From Corallochytrium limacisporum Hawaii (Eukaryota; Protista; Pluriformea), in NCBI GenBank assembly GCA_002811645.1, contig PDIP01000053.1, positions 48,037 to 112,036 on the forward strand: a stretch of DNA of 64,000 bases. Reading direction: 5' to 3'. A program made the translations under genes and the position numbers. The notes under the pieces are model-generated. The model was not told where the DNA came from. It saw nothing but the letters and a program-made list of their open reading frames with translations, and made no database searches. Positions 1-10,892 of the stretch are shown here, piece by piece; position 1 is the first letter of the stretch, and every line of letters begins with the position of its first letter.

Positions 1-1
1 T

Positions 2-2287
2 GCACCGGCCATCTCAGGCAGAGCTATCATAGATCCACCTTTAGACCGAATCCAGTCCATTGACGACAGTTGGCGAGAAGCCATTCGCATAACCGCAAAC
101 CGTCGAACTACGAGCACAGGTCTACTATCATACGGTGCGCGATGGCCTGACTATGACACAGGGCTACGAGCACAGTCCGTGCATCCATACCCGGAAGTTA
201 TGGATCACTTCCTTATTACTGATGCCTTCAACGATGGCGGCATGGAACGGGATTTGATAATGTTGCTGTACAGCCAAGATTGCCGCAACTGTCGTTTCTC
301 TTTAGCAGTGTTCAAGAAGGTACACCGCCAGCTATATATTGAGCTCGGCCAAGACACTAAGTGGTCGAATCGCGTTATCATGGGTTCCCTGGATACGAGT
401 CGCAGTGACACCCACCACATCATTGAGCTGATCAAGCCGTCCCGATACCCATGCATTGTTCACATAAGTGTCACCGGCTTTATCACTCGCTACTATGATG
501 ATCCCAAGGACGAGACCTCGATTGCGAATTGGATCAATCACCAGGCTATGCCACTATGGTACTTTGGCTACGGCATGGAGACAGTGGAAGACGCCAACAA
601 TCGGCAGAGACAGGAGCACATTGTGATTCCTACACGGAAAATGCTCATGGATCGTTCTTCCGATGCGCAGATTCGCAGATGGAAGCACTTTCTGCATCAT
701 AAATATGCCACAGACCGGATCATGTTTGTGTTGGTGCTGGACGATGATTCTGTTGGTCGCAGTGCGGACTTCCACGGCCAACATGTGGCAAGCAGGGATA
801 GGTCGAATGAATTGGACCTGGGTGTGACCGATCCTCTTGAGTTTCTCGAGGTCTTTGGTGCCTTGTCCATCCATGCTGCGGCCTTTGCAGAGTTTAGTGT
901 GACTTCACAGTCTGGCATTGAGGTTATGTTCAACACCGATCGCGGCGCCGACTCCCGCATCACCGCCCCTGCACTGCTTGCACTCGGAGACGGCACAGTG
1001 AAAGGTGCAAACTTGGAGAGCGCAGATCAGGTGGCCTTCATGATTGTTGAAGGGTTTAAGAAGTCCAACTCAGAGAATGACAATGTCGCTAACGATCCGC
1101 GCCATCCGAATATTCGCAGTGGAGTTCAGCTTGAACGGCTCAGCCACATGGGTCTACTGCCCCTGCTGCCAGAGTGGACGAGCCTGACGCACGCACTCAT
1201 GTTTGATTCGTCTTTAACCGATGCAACGGGAGCACACGGTGCGAACACTCTAGGCAGCCACAAACCGGGCAGTGTGCAACAGACCGTGGATTCGCTGACA
1301 GGCATGATGGGTTACCTTCCACAGCACCTTCAAAAGTTGCGTCGTGACAGAGGCAATGACGCGGCTCCAGCTGACGACCAGGGACTTGTATACGTAGAGA
1401 ACGACCCAATTGATGCCCTTCTTGTTGTCCTTTGTAATCGCCACGTACATCATGCCTTTAATGCGTCCATCCACGTGAAAGACCTGCAGCAAGCGGATGA
1501 TGTGTCCGGTCCTCTGCTCTCTGCGGTGGCTATGATGCGTGTAGTGTGGGAGGCGGCCAAGGAGCGTGCCGAAAGAACTGTACAAGGGACCATGGCCAAA
1601 ACTGGGGTGCGCATAGTTTGGCTCGACGTTGAGCGGTACCCTTCAATTGTCACACAGATCCTCGGCCTGCCACCGGGTGTCCTGGATGCACTGGAGGATG
1701 AGGACCAGGAAATATATTCTCCGGACGACGGTGAAGGCGAGGACCAGGCCGCTGAAGATCACGGAAACGTGCCTCTGCTGGTTGTCGGTGCTAATCCAGC
1801 TCTGCTCAATTTGCATGGGTACATCAATCCGGATGAAACTGCCTCGGCACGCACAAGGTCTAACATTTTTGGAAGCACGGCCCCTTTGGTTACGATCTTG
1901 GGTGGTGTTGGAAGGCCCTGGGGCACTGCAGCTCCAGGACCCGCCCCCAGCTTTGGCTACCTACAGGATCAGCTTGACCGTATTCTTGAGAATCCCAAGA
2001 GTGCTATGGCGGAGATAATGCGTAACGCCCCGTATTCCGGTGGCCAATCGTGGGCTCCGGGGTCTAAACAGGCTGGCGATACCGAAATCCGTGCTATTCC
2101 TCCTACGAACTGGGACAACAGTCTGTCCTGGGTCATCGGCGCACTCGGGGTGACGTTCTGGCGGTTGCTTATTTTCGTGGTGGTGGCATGCCTCTTGATA
2201 GTAGTTGACTTCTTGCTCAGCACTCTTGGCCGGATGTCCATGTCAGTGCTTCCTCTTGTCAACAACGATAATATCAAGAAAGACTGA
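2..2287 (+). CDS. 5'-truncated thioredoxin-fold membrane protein, DNAJC16-like
   Basis: The frame of ORF 179..2287 has no stop back to position 2, so the gene starts upstream of the window. LIMLLYSQDCRNC is a Trx beta-strand plus CxxC. There is a C-terminal TM segment (FWRLLIFVVVACLLIVVDFLL). No J-domain is visible here. Confidence 0.5.
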   Translation, partial: APAISGRAIIDPPLDRIQSIDDSWREAIRITANRRTTSTGLLSYGARWPDYDTGLRAQSVHPYPEVMDHFLITDAFNDGGMERDLIMLLYSQDCRNCRFSLAVFKKVHRQLYIELGQDTKWSNRVIMGSLDTSRSDTHHIIELIKPSRYPCIVHISVTGFITRYYDDPKDETSIANWINHQAMPLWYFGYGMETVEDANNRQRQEHIVIPTRKMLMDRSSDAQIRRWKHFLHHKYATDRIMFVLVLDDDSVGRSADFHGQHVASRDRSNELDLGVTDPLEFLEVFGALSIHAAAFAEFSVTSQSGIEVMFNTDRGADSRITAPALLALGDGTVKGANLESADQVAFMIVEGFKKSNSENDNVANDPRHPNIRSGVQLERLSHMGLLPLLPEWTSLTHALMFDSSLTDATGAHGANTLGSHKPGSVQQTVDSLTGMMGYLPQHLQKLRRDRGNDAAPADDQGLVYVENDPIDALLVVLCNRHVHHAFNASIHVKDLQQADDVSGPLLSAVAMMRVVWEAAKERAERTVQGTMAKTGVRIVWLDVERYPSIVTQILGLPPGVLDALEDEDQEIYSPDDGEGEDQAAEDHGNVPLLVVGANPALLNLHGYINPDETASARTRSNIFGSTAPLVTILGGVGRPWGTAAPGPAPSFGYLQDQLDRILENPKSAMAEIMRNAPYSGGQSWAPGSKQAGDTEIRAIPPTNWDNSLSWVIGALGVTFWRLLIFVVVACLLIVVDFLLSTLGRMSMSVLPLVNNDNIKKD

Positions 2288-2370
2288 TCTCCTTGAGTAT
2301 CAATATGGAGTTTATTGTGTACCGTAAACCATTATAACGAAACAATTCAATTTCAGTGGTGTCATATACG

Positions 2371-4017
2371 TCACATAAGGTCTTCAAAATTCATGCTGCC
2401 GTCCTTCTTGATGCTGCTCTTCGCAGCAGCGAAGAGGTCTGTTAATGATGTTTGTCCCTTGGTTGAGTTCATTGCACTTGATTTCGACTTTTTACTCGTC
2501 TTCTTCGGGGCCGCAGCCTTGCTCTTCGTCTTGCTCTTTAGCCTACCATTGCCGCTCTTGCCCTTTCCATTAAGCAGCTGCGACAAAGATGTAGGCATGG
2601 GCGACTTTCCCTTTGCTTTGCTCCCTGTACTCTTGGACTTGGCTGGCGTACCCGCCTTTGAGGCTGTGTTAGGAGCTTTCTTCTTAGTCTTAACTGACGA
2701 TGCTTTGGAAGTCTTCATTTTGGACGCACTCTTCTTCTTTGCCTTCTTCGAGGTGTTGAGAGATTTCTTTGTGCCCTTTGCTGACTTCTTCCGTCCACTT
2801 TCAGCCACCTTTCTGCTAGCTGAAGAGTTCTTACGCTTCGAGCCTGTAGCCGGTTTGGTAGACTTCTTTTCCTTTGGATGATTTTTCTTAGTTTTCATCT
2901 CTTTCTCCTGGTTCAAACTTGCTACCAAGTAGCTCTGCAAGAGGGCCAATTCGGATGCCTGCTGCGCTGCCTTTGCCGCCTTCCGCTGTCGATATTTCTT
3001 GAGGTCGTTCCGGAGGATGACACCAGTCACCATCGCTCGTAGATGTTGATTTCCGTGGTCAAAAGTAACCATACCCGTGCCAATCGGGGAGGCCTCCGGA
3101 TATGTGGGTGTCGCCAGAGGCATCGGCATCTTTTCAGATGAAGGCTCAGTGTATTCCTCCGCAGTTTTCAACTCCATTGACTTTCTCTTCTTTACTGAAT
3201 CCGGAATCAGTTGTTCGTCCAATTTTCCTCGGCTCTGCTGATCAACGGACATGGTCAGCGATCCTTCGTGCAAGTCCTTGCTTCCAAGGATGCCATGGAC
3301 ATCCCTCATATGGGCAAGAACACGATGACTCAACATCAAATGCGCACAAAGAGCACACGTGGCCATGACTGATTCATCCTTTAGCGGTCTCGCCTCGAAC
3401 ACGGGTCGGTCATGTGCACTAAACGTTACCGATTTTGCGGGCAACTCCACGTCATGCTCCGCAACGATGGTGGCAGGATCACCGGACAAGGTAAACTCTG
3501 TGACGTTCGCAACATCCTTATCGTTCGCTAGATCCCTATGTGACGCTTCTTCATGAGGCAGCATGTCCACAATAATATTGGCTTGCACATCGTCCCACTT
3601 CATTCCCCTTTGGAGTGTATGGTCTGGGTTCTTCTGTATCTCTTCATCAAAGTCTTGTTTTCCAACAGTTTCTAAAAGTTTAACAATATCCTGTAGCCTT
3701 GCTCCAAGGATCTCATCCAGTTCTTCCGCATCCCAACCAAGGTGCTTCTTTAGTACTTCACTGATCTGATCCGGTGAGTAGTCTGTATTTCCGTCTAGAT
3801 ATTGCAGCATTTGATCCGCCAAGTCCTCGATGGAGATGTCACCAGAAATCCCGTTGGCGCCATGTCCTTGACCATTAGAAACCTCTCCATTTCCTGAATC
3901 TGTTGATGATCTCGATTCCTCATTGTCAAGGCTCATCCCATTGTCACCAAGTTTGCTACGGTAACCTGGTCCGCTCTCCGACGTTGCGACCAGCGCGTTG
4001 CCGTTCTCGAGCTTCAT
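2371..4017 (-). CDS. Uncharacterised nuclear protein with one C2H2/BED-like zinc finger and a Lys/Ser/Ala-rich histone-H1-like tail
   Basis: 548-aa ORF. CALC-x11-H-x4-H (CALCAHLMLSHRVLAHMRDVH). Acidic N-half and highly basic C-terminal ~170 aa. Confidence 0.7.
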   Translation of the reverse strand: MKLENGNALVATSESGPGYRSKLGDNGMSLDNEESRSSTDSGNGEVSNGQGHGANGISGDISIEDLADQMLQYLDGNTDYSPDQISEVLKKHLGWDAEELDEILGARLQDIVKLLETVGKQDFDEEIQKNPDHTLQRGMKWDDVQANIIVDMLPHEEASHRDLANDKDVANVTEFTLSGDPATIVAEHDVELPAKSVTFSAHDRPVFEARPLKDESVMATCALCAHLMLSHRVLAHMRDVHGILGSKDLHEGSLTMSVDQQSRGKLDEQLIPDSVKKRKSMELKTAEEYTEPSSEKMPMPLATPTYPEASPIGTGMVTFDHGNQHLRAMVTGVILRNDLKKYRQRKAAKAAQQASELALLQSYLVASLNQEKEMKTKKNHPKEKKSTKPATGSKRKNSSASRKVAESGRKKSAKGTKKSLNTSKKAKKKSASKMKTSKASSVKTKKKAPNTASKAGTPAKSKSTGSKAKGKSPMPTSLSQLLNGKGKSGNGRLKSKTKSKAAAPKKTSKKSKSSAMNSTKGQTSLTDLFAAAKSSIKKDGSMNFEDLM

Positions 4018-4134
4018 GATTTCTGTCAGAGTATGTTCGAAGTGTTACATTTTGTGTCACACGATCTTTACTATCGTTTTGGCTCCCAGTTTCGTTTGCA
4101 ACTCACTCATAACTTGCTGATTCAGAGTCGCCCA

Positions 4135-4249
4135 CTGACCACAAACGTTTCAAAATTAGTATCTCACAACCCTAGTCCCACATTGACTCCTAAGTTGAAA
4201 CCTTTACTACTTGACTTGTACTGGGCGTTAACATCCATAACTTACATAC
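4135..4249 (-). other. Probable 5'UTR intron of the 2371..4017 gene
   Basis: CAG|GTATGT donor (overlapping GTAAGT 4 nt downstream), TACTAAT branch point at 4161-4155, first downstream CAG at 4135. Confidence 0.4.
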
Positions 4250-4764
4250 CTGTGTCTATCGTTTGTCTCTGCGAAAGGAAAAAGGGACATACTCTGAGCG
4301 GGCCTTGTTCAAGCGCTGTTCCTCCGTGCCCGCCGTCCCTTCTTCCCACAAAATCCTCTACCGTTACCCGTGGAGTGCTGTCGTAGCCATCGCAGCGCGG
4401 ACCGGGCCGACCGAACTCGGTACCTGTGCCTCGGCGTCGCATAGACAGACCGGGGACGGTGGAGAGACTCGTCCTCCCGTCGGCCGTTTCCCTCCCTCCC
4501 CTCAGGCGGGCGATGGGAGAGGAGGTGGGGCGGGTGCCTAACGAGCCCGCCCCATGAGATCTCCAGGTGTCGGCTTTGGCATGGTCCCCTGAGCTCTCGT
4601 TTTGGATCCGCAGACGTTCTGGATCCGCAGATCAAGGACAGACTATGCCCGACACCGTGCCGTATATTCAATTTCTTCGATCTACATTGATGCAAAGTAC
4701 GGTTTAATAGATATAGAGACAATATGATGGCAACTACCTCCTCTGAAGAATGCATACACGCGCG

Positions 4765-5613
4765 TTAAACCTTTTCAATTTTAAGAATATATCCGCGCTG
4801 GATCACGATTCCTCTGTGTTGTTGAGTTATGCTGTAACGTATAGCCCATGAGAGCTTCCAGTTGCCGTCTGAAAAGTCTTCGATTCCGGATTCTTTAAGA
4901 AGTCGGGACAGGACGTCGGACGGGAGGATATCAGCAGGGTCGTTGTGACTTAGCAGTTTGATGCCTTTTTCCTTTGCGTATGCAGCTAGATCCTTAGGAA
5001 TAATGCAGCACGTATCGCTGTTGAGGTGATCAATAGCAGGCTTAATCGTAACGCTGTCGTAGAACTTCTCCAGCGCTGCTTTCTGCAGATCACTAACTGC
5101 CAAGTGCCGGATTGCTCCATCGTTATGCAGGTGCTCCAGGATGGGCCACTGCTTCTGGTAGACGGCAATAGCATCATCATCATCCTCTACGGGGGGAAGA
5201 CCAAGGTAAAACGCGTCAATGGCATCAAGTTGTAGCTGACTACTGACCAGTCCCATGGCCTCCTTTAGGCCAGCCTCAGCATCTGTGCCTTCACCCAGAA
5301 ACAGTTTTATGACGCTGTGTTCCTTGTCACGATCATCACAGCAATCGCTGCATTGCAGAGGTTGACAGTATCCGTCGTTCTCAAGAACATATATTCCTGT
5401 ACTTTCGTCGATCTTGCCTGTGCTCTTTTCCTTCCATGACATAAGAGTACGACGCACAGCTTCGGCTACTTCACTTGAGGCTTCGCCGAACGGCTGAGAT
5501 TGGATCTGCTTTACCAGATTACCCGTGTCCATCAGGAACGCCTGGCAACCAAGCGGCAACCGACGATTGCCATCACCGTTCTGTATTGTCATGGTTTCTC
5601 TGGCCCATGTCAT
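4765..5613 (-). CDS. GCLM: Glutamate-cysteine ligase modifier (regulatory) subunit, aldo-keto-reductase fold
   Basis: LMDTGNLV N-terminal motif, W..LE.L...G.I..LAVSDL, CCIIPKDLAAYAKEKGIKLLSHNDP.DIL and WAIRYS.....RGIV..RGYI all match GCLM. First ATG is at 5613. Confidence 0.9.
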   Translation of the reverse strand: MTWARETMTIQNGDGNRRLPLGCQAFLMDTGNLVKQIQSQPFGEASSEVAEAVRRTLMSWKEKSTGKIDESTGIYVLENDGYCQPLQCSDCCDDRDKEHSVIKLFLGEGTDAEAGLKEAMGLVSSQLQLDAIDAFYLGLPPVEDDDDAIAVYQKQWPILEHLHNDGAIRHLAVSDLQKAALEKFYDSVTIKPAIDHLNSDTCCIIPKDLAAYAKEKGIKLLSHNDPADILPSDVLSRLLKESGIEDFSDGNWKLSWAIRYSITQQHRGIVIQRGYILKIEKV

Positions 5614-6883
5614 CAAATCATGTTTTTTGGGCTTGGTTATACTTTATGATGGTACGAACGCGCGACTGATTAAGTACCCACGGAGCTAACTCGCATTCGC
5701 CACACACAGTCACCATGAAGACTTTAAAGTTCCCAAAACAACCATATTATGTCCACATCAATTATCTACATGACTCGTTCCTGCTCGCGCAGTAATCTTT
5801 CTGTGCTGTCCTTCGTGAGCAAGGCGAAACCTGATTGCTTCAAATCGTTTGGGTCCTCAATGGCCCCACGCACAACCATTGATAGCCCCCCTCGTTTTTC
5901 CCGTGGAGCCTCGCCCTTGCACCGATCCTTAACCATCAGCAGACTTGGCCGGATTGCACACATCCTCTCACATAGATAACCCCTAATATGGATTTTAATT
6001 CAGATAATAATATTCACCGGTCGAGGTGCGATTGGGAATTGTATGAAGCGGGTTGCCTTATAACAGTTTTGCGCATTAAATTCACATCGACAGGGATTCA
6101 CAGAGTGAATCCAATCCCGTGCGCCGCAGTTTCTAGACCAACTCCATCAGACCCCAGGTCTGTCTCCAAACGGATAGCATGAAAAGCCTCCCTCGTTTTC
6201 CAGCACCACGAGGGCACTCGGGTGTTGGGATATCATGACCATACCAGTCCCGCGTATTCGCCACATGCGTAGTACTAGTTCGCAGAATGTGTCTGGCATC
6301 ACAGAGGAAGGCGCACCAGCTTGGCCTATTTCTCTGCTCACTTGTGATGTCCCACGCGTGATGGGTGTCTGTACATGCGCCATGTGCATCGACTCCCGCG
6401 TACCCATTCAAATTTGACAGCGACTGAGTGTGTGCGGTTCACTTGCGAACAATGCTCAATATGCGACAGAAATTGTGCCACTTGCCTTCGGGTCCAAGCC
6501 GAACCGCATCAGCTACTTCGTGATGCTGTCGAGCACCCAACCAAACTCTATACGGTCTTCCGTCATTTTGTAGGGTCTGAAATCAGCGGCAACTTTGCCC
6601 AACTGTGTCCCAGTGAATTGACGAACTGCATAAGATTATCTACTGGAAATCACTTCATGTTATTTCTCACTGCCAGGGATATCAGGTACAAACTCCCGAG
6701 TGAACACATATGGAGGTTCCTTGCAATACTGAATCCAAAGCACAACGCGCCAAACTTTCCAATTGCTTTTCGTCAGCAACCCCCGTTTCTAGGTTATTGC
6801 AAAGGAGATGGGAAGACACAATCACGAGTTTGCATTATATATCAGAAGTTTTACAGAGCCGACCCCAACGGGCAGCTGTGTGA

Positions 6884-6962
6884 CTGTGGGTGGACATTAG
6901 CAGCCGCCCCTGCAGAACACTCGGACACCTGGTCAAGCAATGACGATCACGACAATACTTAC
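6884..6962 (-). other. Spliceosomal intron (79 nt) in an apparently non-coding transcript or long GCLM leader
   Basis: AAGG|GTAAGTAT donor, GCTAAT branch point at 6901-6896, CACAG acceptor. Length matches the other introns in the window. Confidence 0.5.
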
Positions 6963-8194
6963 CCTTAAGTTCTCAGTCAACGAAAGCTATCAGCTGCGGC
7001 GCCCTCCCCCCCCTTTCGCCGGGTCAGCGGGGCCAAGGCTGCCATTTTTCTTCGGTGATTTCTGACCGGGCCCTGTAGATCGAACTCCAGAAACGGACTG
7101 CCGGCTGAGGTTTTTGGGGGCGAGGGCGTTGACCGCTATCTTTACGCACGACCCGACCTTGAGCGCAGAACCGATTAGAAACTCTACACACTCGGGACAT
7201 TGCCTACGTTCGTCGGCCTTGTTCATCAGCAGCCGTTCGAGAATTTGTATGCATGTGACTGACCGCTTTAGTCTTGGGTAGCGGCAGCGAATTTCAAGGA
7301 ACAAAGCTTTCCATTTTTTTTTTTGGAGTCCCCGGACACGAATGTGTCAGAAACCCTCCCCACATGCCTTTTGCATGTCCATACCTCCCGCTCAGTGCCG
7401 AAGACGGCATTTGCCTAATACCGGCGCTACCTGCACTCAGCGGCGAGGCCCAGCAACTCTAAACCGACAGATCACACCACGGAGTCGGTCCCGCCAAACC
7501 GTATTCTGCGAAGCTGGGGATTAACGACAACTGACGGGCTATAATGTTTCTTTGGACTTTTTTGGCGCAGGAGAGTTGAGTTCAGAAGTTTTATTCTCCG
7601 GAAACGACGGGGTCGGGCGACGATGACTTGGTGTACGGTGCCCACCTTTCTCTCGGTTTTTTTTCTTTCCGCATTGTTCTTTGGTCTTCCTTACCCTACC
7701 AAAGACAAGTCTTATAGACCTTAGAAAGTCCCAGGGGTGTGTATCATATACCCAATGTGTGAAATATAATCATGGAAATGTACTAGTCTTAAATTGCAGA
7801 CATCTGGACTTTGTACCCGTGACGGTGGCTCGAGAGTTGACCTCACCACGTACCGGGGCCGCTGCAAGTTGAAAGTCGGCCATTGCCGCTTGGGAATCAA
7901 CTGCGAGACCCATCCCAGCTCGGCTGACTGCACTTTAATCGCTGCGTGAGATCTTTTAATCTCAGAGGTAAGAGGTATTCAACGCCATGAACTTATTGAA
8001 AGTGCAGACATGAGAGCTCATATAAATCGTGATAGAGTACACCGTTGAGTGCCGTGTATCGGAGCAAGCTTGGGTACGTTTGTACCTTCGGGTGTACGTT
8101 CCACTGCATGTATTGTGAAGAGGCAAGAGAGAAAGCAACAAATCTTGCAATCCATGGAATTTTAAGAAGGGAGCAGCAGGTTTGTAACATATGA

Positions 8195-9937
8195 ATGAGA
8201 ATTATAAGCATGCAACGAGAATCTGTGACAATAGTGAAAGAATTTGTGCCGGATGATGGGGGGTCAACAGAACCAACAACGCCGCTTGTTGTTGAACAGC
8301 CTATGGAGGAACCTCTTCCGAGTCCAGTAATTACTCCACCAGTTGTTCATGTTGGGAAGCCTGTCACTGCGCAGAATATGTCGACATTGGTAGCAATAGA
8401 TCTTGGAAGGTTTGTACCAGAAACAGGGAGAATCAACTTCTTGACGTCGATCAAAGAGGCATCGGGACGTGACGAGATACTTTCTGTTTGCGTGGTCTTG
8501 ATCCACCCTTCACTAAGCACCGTGGATACGTCGTTTGCTAGGGCCGATCAGGTGGGTGTATCAACATTGCGAGCAGTATGCAATGTCTTGGAAGACCAGC
8601 AGAGAGTAAGGGTCAAGAGTATTTGCTGTGTGGGCATGGGGCTGGGCTCAAGAATTGGCGTTGGTTTCGTCAGCCTCTTCACATGGAGGCGTAGTCTGCT
8701 TCATCAGACAGAATACTTCGACAATCTGGAAGGACTTCTTTATGAGCACTACAGCCTTGATCTCCTGCGGGAAATTCCGTTCACCACCCCGCCAAATCCA
8801 ATGGAAATTAATCAACAGGTTCCACATGAGGTTCCTCTGACACGGGCCTGTTCCGAAGTGGCAGTCCCTTGTATGGCACAGACCAATGCAATGTTTGCGA
8901 AACTGTTTGGAAGTGTGGGACCCATGATCAACTTGCTCAAACCAAAGAAGAACACCGACTCCGAGGAGGCGCCTGCTGCCCCTCGCATTGAAACCGAAGG
9001 ATTAGTGTTTGGTCAGTCATTCAAGGACATGCGTAGGGTATCGGAGATTAACTTAGAGAATCGTGTGCCATACTTTGTAGAAGAGATCATCAGGCAGTTG
9101 CGCGTTAGGAAATGTGTCAATGAGGAAGGTCTGTTTCGCCGCAGTGCCCGCCAGGGATACGTAAATGCATTGGCGGATCGTGCTGATGCTGGTGAAGGTC
9201 GTGAGGACGACGAAGATATGCCCTGGTCCTCTTTCTTTCTCACAGTGCACCCAGACATTGACGTGGATGTACATGTCTTAGCGGCCCTTCTGAAGCTGTG
9301 GTTCCGACGTCTTCCGAACCCTGCCTTTGCCCCCCCTGTCGATCGCAGTGGTCTCGATGAACATCCACTGATCCACGAAGAGGATCCCAAGGCTGCCCTA
9401 GACTACTTGCGATATGAAAAGGGTGTTGATCCGCTGTGGCTTGGAGCGGTTATTGCACTGCTGGACCTCTTGGCTGACATTGAAGCCAACCACGATAACA
9501 ACTTGATGAGCGCCGACAACTTGGCTGTGTGTGTGGCTTCCAGTCTGATGTGCTTGCCAGAAATGGAAGAAGCCTTGGATCCCATGGCCAGCGTCCGCAT
9601 CAATAAGCTCAGTCGCGGGCTGGTGCGATGTCTCATCATTGGATGGTACGAAGGTGTCCGCGATATCTTCGTGTCGGAGCTAACAGAGCGGAATAGTGTC
9701 ATTAGCATCTACTCCGACAAGGCACGCCGTCAATTGGATAAGGTCAGCTGGGAGTACGCCAACAATCCCAAAGAAGTGGAAAGGCTCCGTCCCAGTACTT
9801 CAACAAGCATCTTTAGCGGGCGCTCGCGTACCACCTCCACCAACTCATCTGTCCGGGAACCCTTGTTGGCGCACTCTACACGGAACGACTTCTACGGCAC
9901 TACTAACATGCCACTGCCTGGTGCAGTGCAGACATGA
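8195..9937 (+). CDS. RhoGAP with degenerate N-terminal BCH/CRAL-TRIO region (ARHGAP1/8-like)
   Basis: Arginine finger EEGLFRRSA, DVHVLAALLKLWFRRLPNP and N.MSADNLAVC. The N-terminal region resembles the BCH domain (VVLIHPS; EYFDNLEGL). Confidence 0.85.
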   Translation: MRIISMQRESVTIVKEFVPDDGGSTEPTTPLVVEQPMEEPLPSPVITPPVVHVGKPVTAQNMSTLVAIDLGRFVPETGRINFLTSIKEASGRDEILSVCVVLIHPSLSTVDTSFARADQVGVSTLRAVCNVLEDQQRVRVKSICCVGMGLGSRIGVGFVSLFTWRRSLLHQTEYFDNLEGLLYEHYSLDLLREIPFTTPPNPMEINQQVPHEVPLTRACSEVAVPCMAQTNAMFAKLFGSVGPMINLLKPKKNTDSEEAPAAPRIETEGLVFGQSFKDMRRVSEINLENRVPYFVEEIIRQLRVRKCVNEEGLFRRSARQGYVNALADRADAGEGREDDEDMPWSSFFLTVHPDIDVDVHVLAALLKLWFRRLPNPAFAPPVDRSGLDEHPLIHEEDPKAALDYLRYEKGVDPLWLGAVIALLDLLADIEANHDNNLMSADNLAVCVASSLMCLPEMEEALDPMASVRINKLSRGLVRCLIIGWYEGVRDIFVSELTERNSVISIYSDKARRQLDKVSWEYANNPKEVERLRPSTSTSIFSGRSRTTSTNSSVREPLLAHSTRNDFYGTTNMPLPGAVQT

Positions 9938-10892
9938 AGTAGAATATCGATTTCGTTGTGACAAAGCGATCCTTTATTTCTGGGCACATGAAATTTGCAA
10001 ACTCTTGGAAACCAACATTTATGGGGTCTCTGACTCTTTGGCGCCAATGCAATTGCAGACCCGCAAGAACCCGGACAACGGCATTTTTGCGCGGGCCCTC
10101 CTTATCAACCACAATTTCCAAACCCCCCCCCTCCCCTTCTCCTTCCTCCGTCCCTCGTTCGCTTCCCTTTGAACCAGCGGATAACCCGAGGACGAGAACT
10201 GATCGGACTGATGCAGGAGGCACCCGGCGGCTCCCTCCCTCCCCTCTCCCGGTTCGGGCTCGCGGGCGACCCGCAACCGTCCTCAGCTTGCTCTGAGCGT
10301 CACCTATTTCTTCTGCCCTCTCGCAGCCGGCGGGCCCGCCGCTTGGGTGGACGACCTCAAGGGGCGCGCAACCAGGCCCCGAAGAGTGGGGAGGGATAAG
10401 CACTGTGTGCCAAAGAGGGAGAGAAATGAAACATTTAGCGGTACATTTGGTATTGGTTCCCCGGAGGATGGGTTGAGAAGCGAAGGGAGGGAGGAAGGGA
10501 CTTCCAGGAGTTCCTTTATTCACTATGCAGCGGGACACTATGACGACACCGGGTCGAAATCGGGCCGGGGGTTCTTGGCTGGTGCCAGGGCTTCTGTGTT
10601 CGTGGTCCCAATTTTGGCTGTGCCCGTTTGGTAGGCTTGCCTGTTGCCTCTCGCGTTTTGCCCGTTGTGTTTTATAGAAAGAGAAAGAGCCGATATGTCT
10701 AACTGTGTGTATATGGTGGTCGTGGTCAGGTATCAAAGAGAGCTGTGTCAGCGAAGAAGGATTTGAGTGAAATGTCGTCCTTAGATATCAGGAAGAACGA
10801 ACAAACTGGAGGGAGTTAGATCGTTCATTAGTCATGCCAAGCACATGTTAGTAGAAATACAAAATTGTATATAGTACTAGTACTTTTTCAGG

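Noticed and set aside
6955-6970. ATACTTACC resembling the 5' end of U1 snRNA
   Set aside because: No U1 stem-loops or Sm site follow. It is better explained as the reverse complement of a splice donor.
9903-10736. 277-aa minus-strand ORF, and similar ORFs at 6375-6968, 22944-23510, 47991-48785 and 63262-63927
   Set aside because: Non-ATG starts, translation of homopolymer-rich intergenic DNA or antisense overlap, and no domain features.
10806-10883. Minus-strand TACTAAC and possible 78-nt intron antisense to the PHAF1 start
   Set aside because: Weak donor (GTACTA) and no supporting gene. The same DNA serves as a plausible plus-strand acceptor region for PHAF1.
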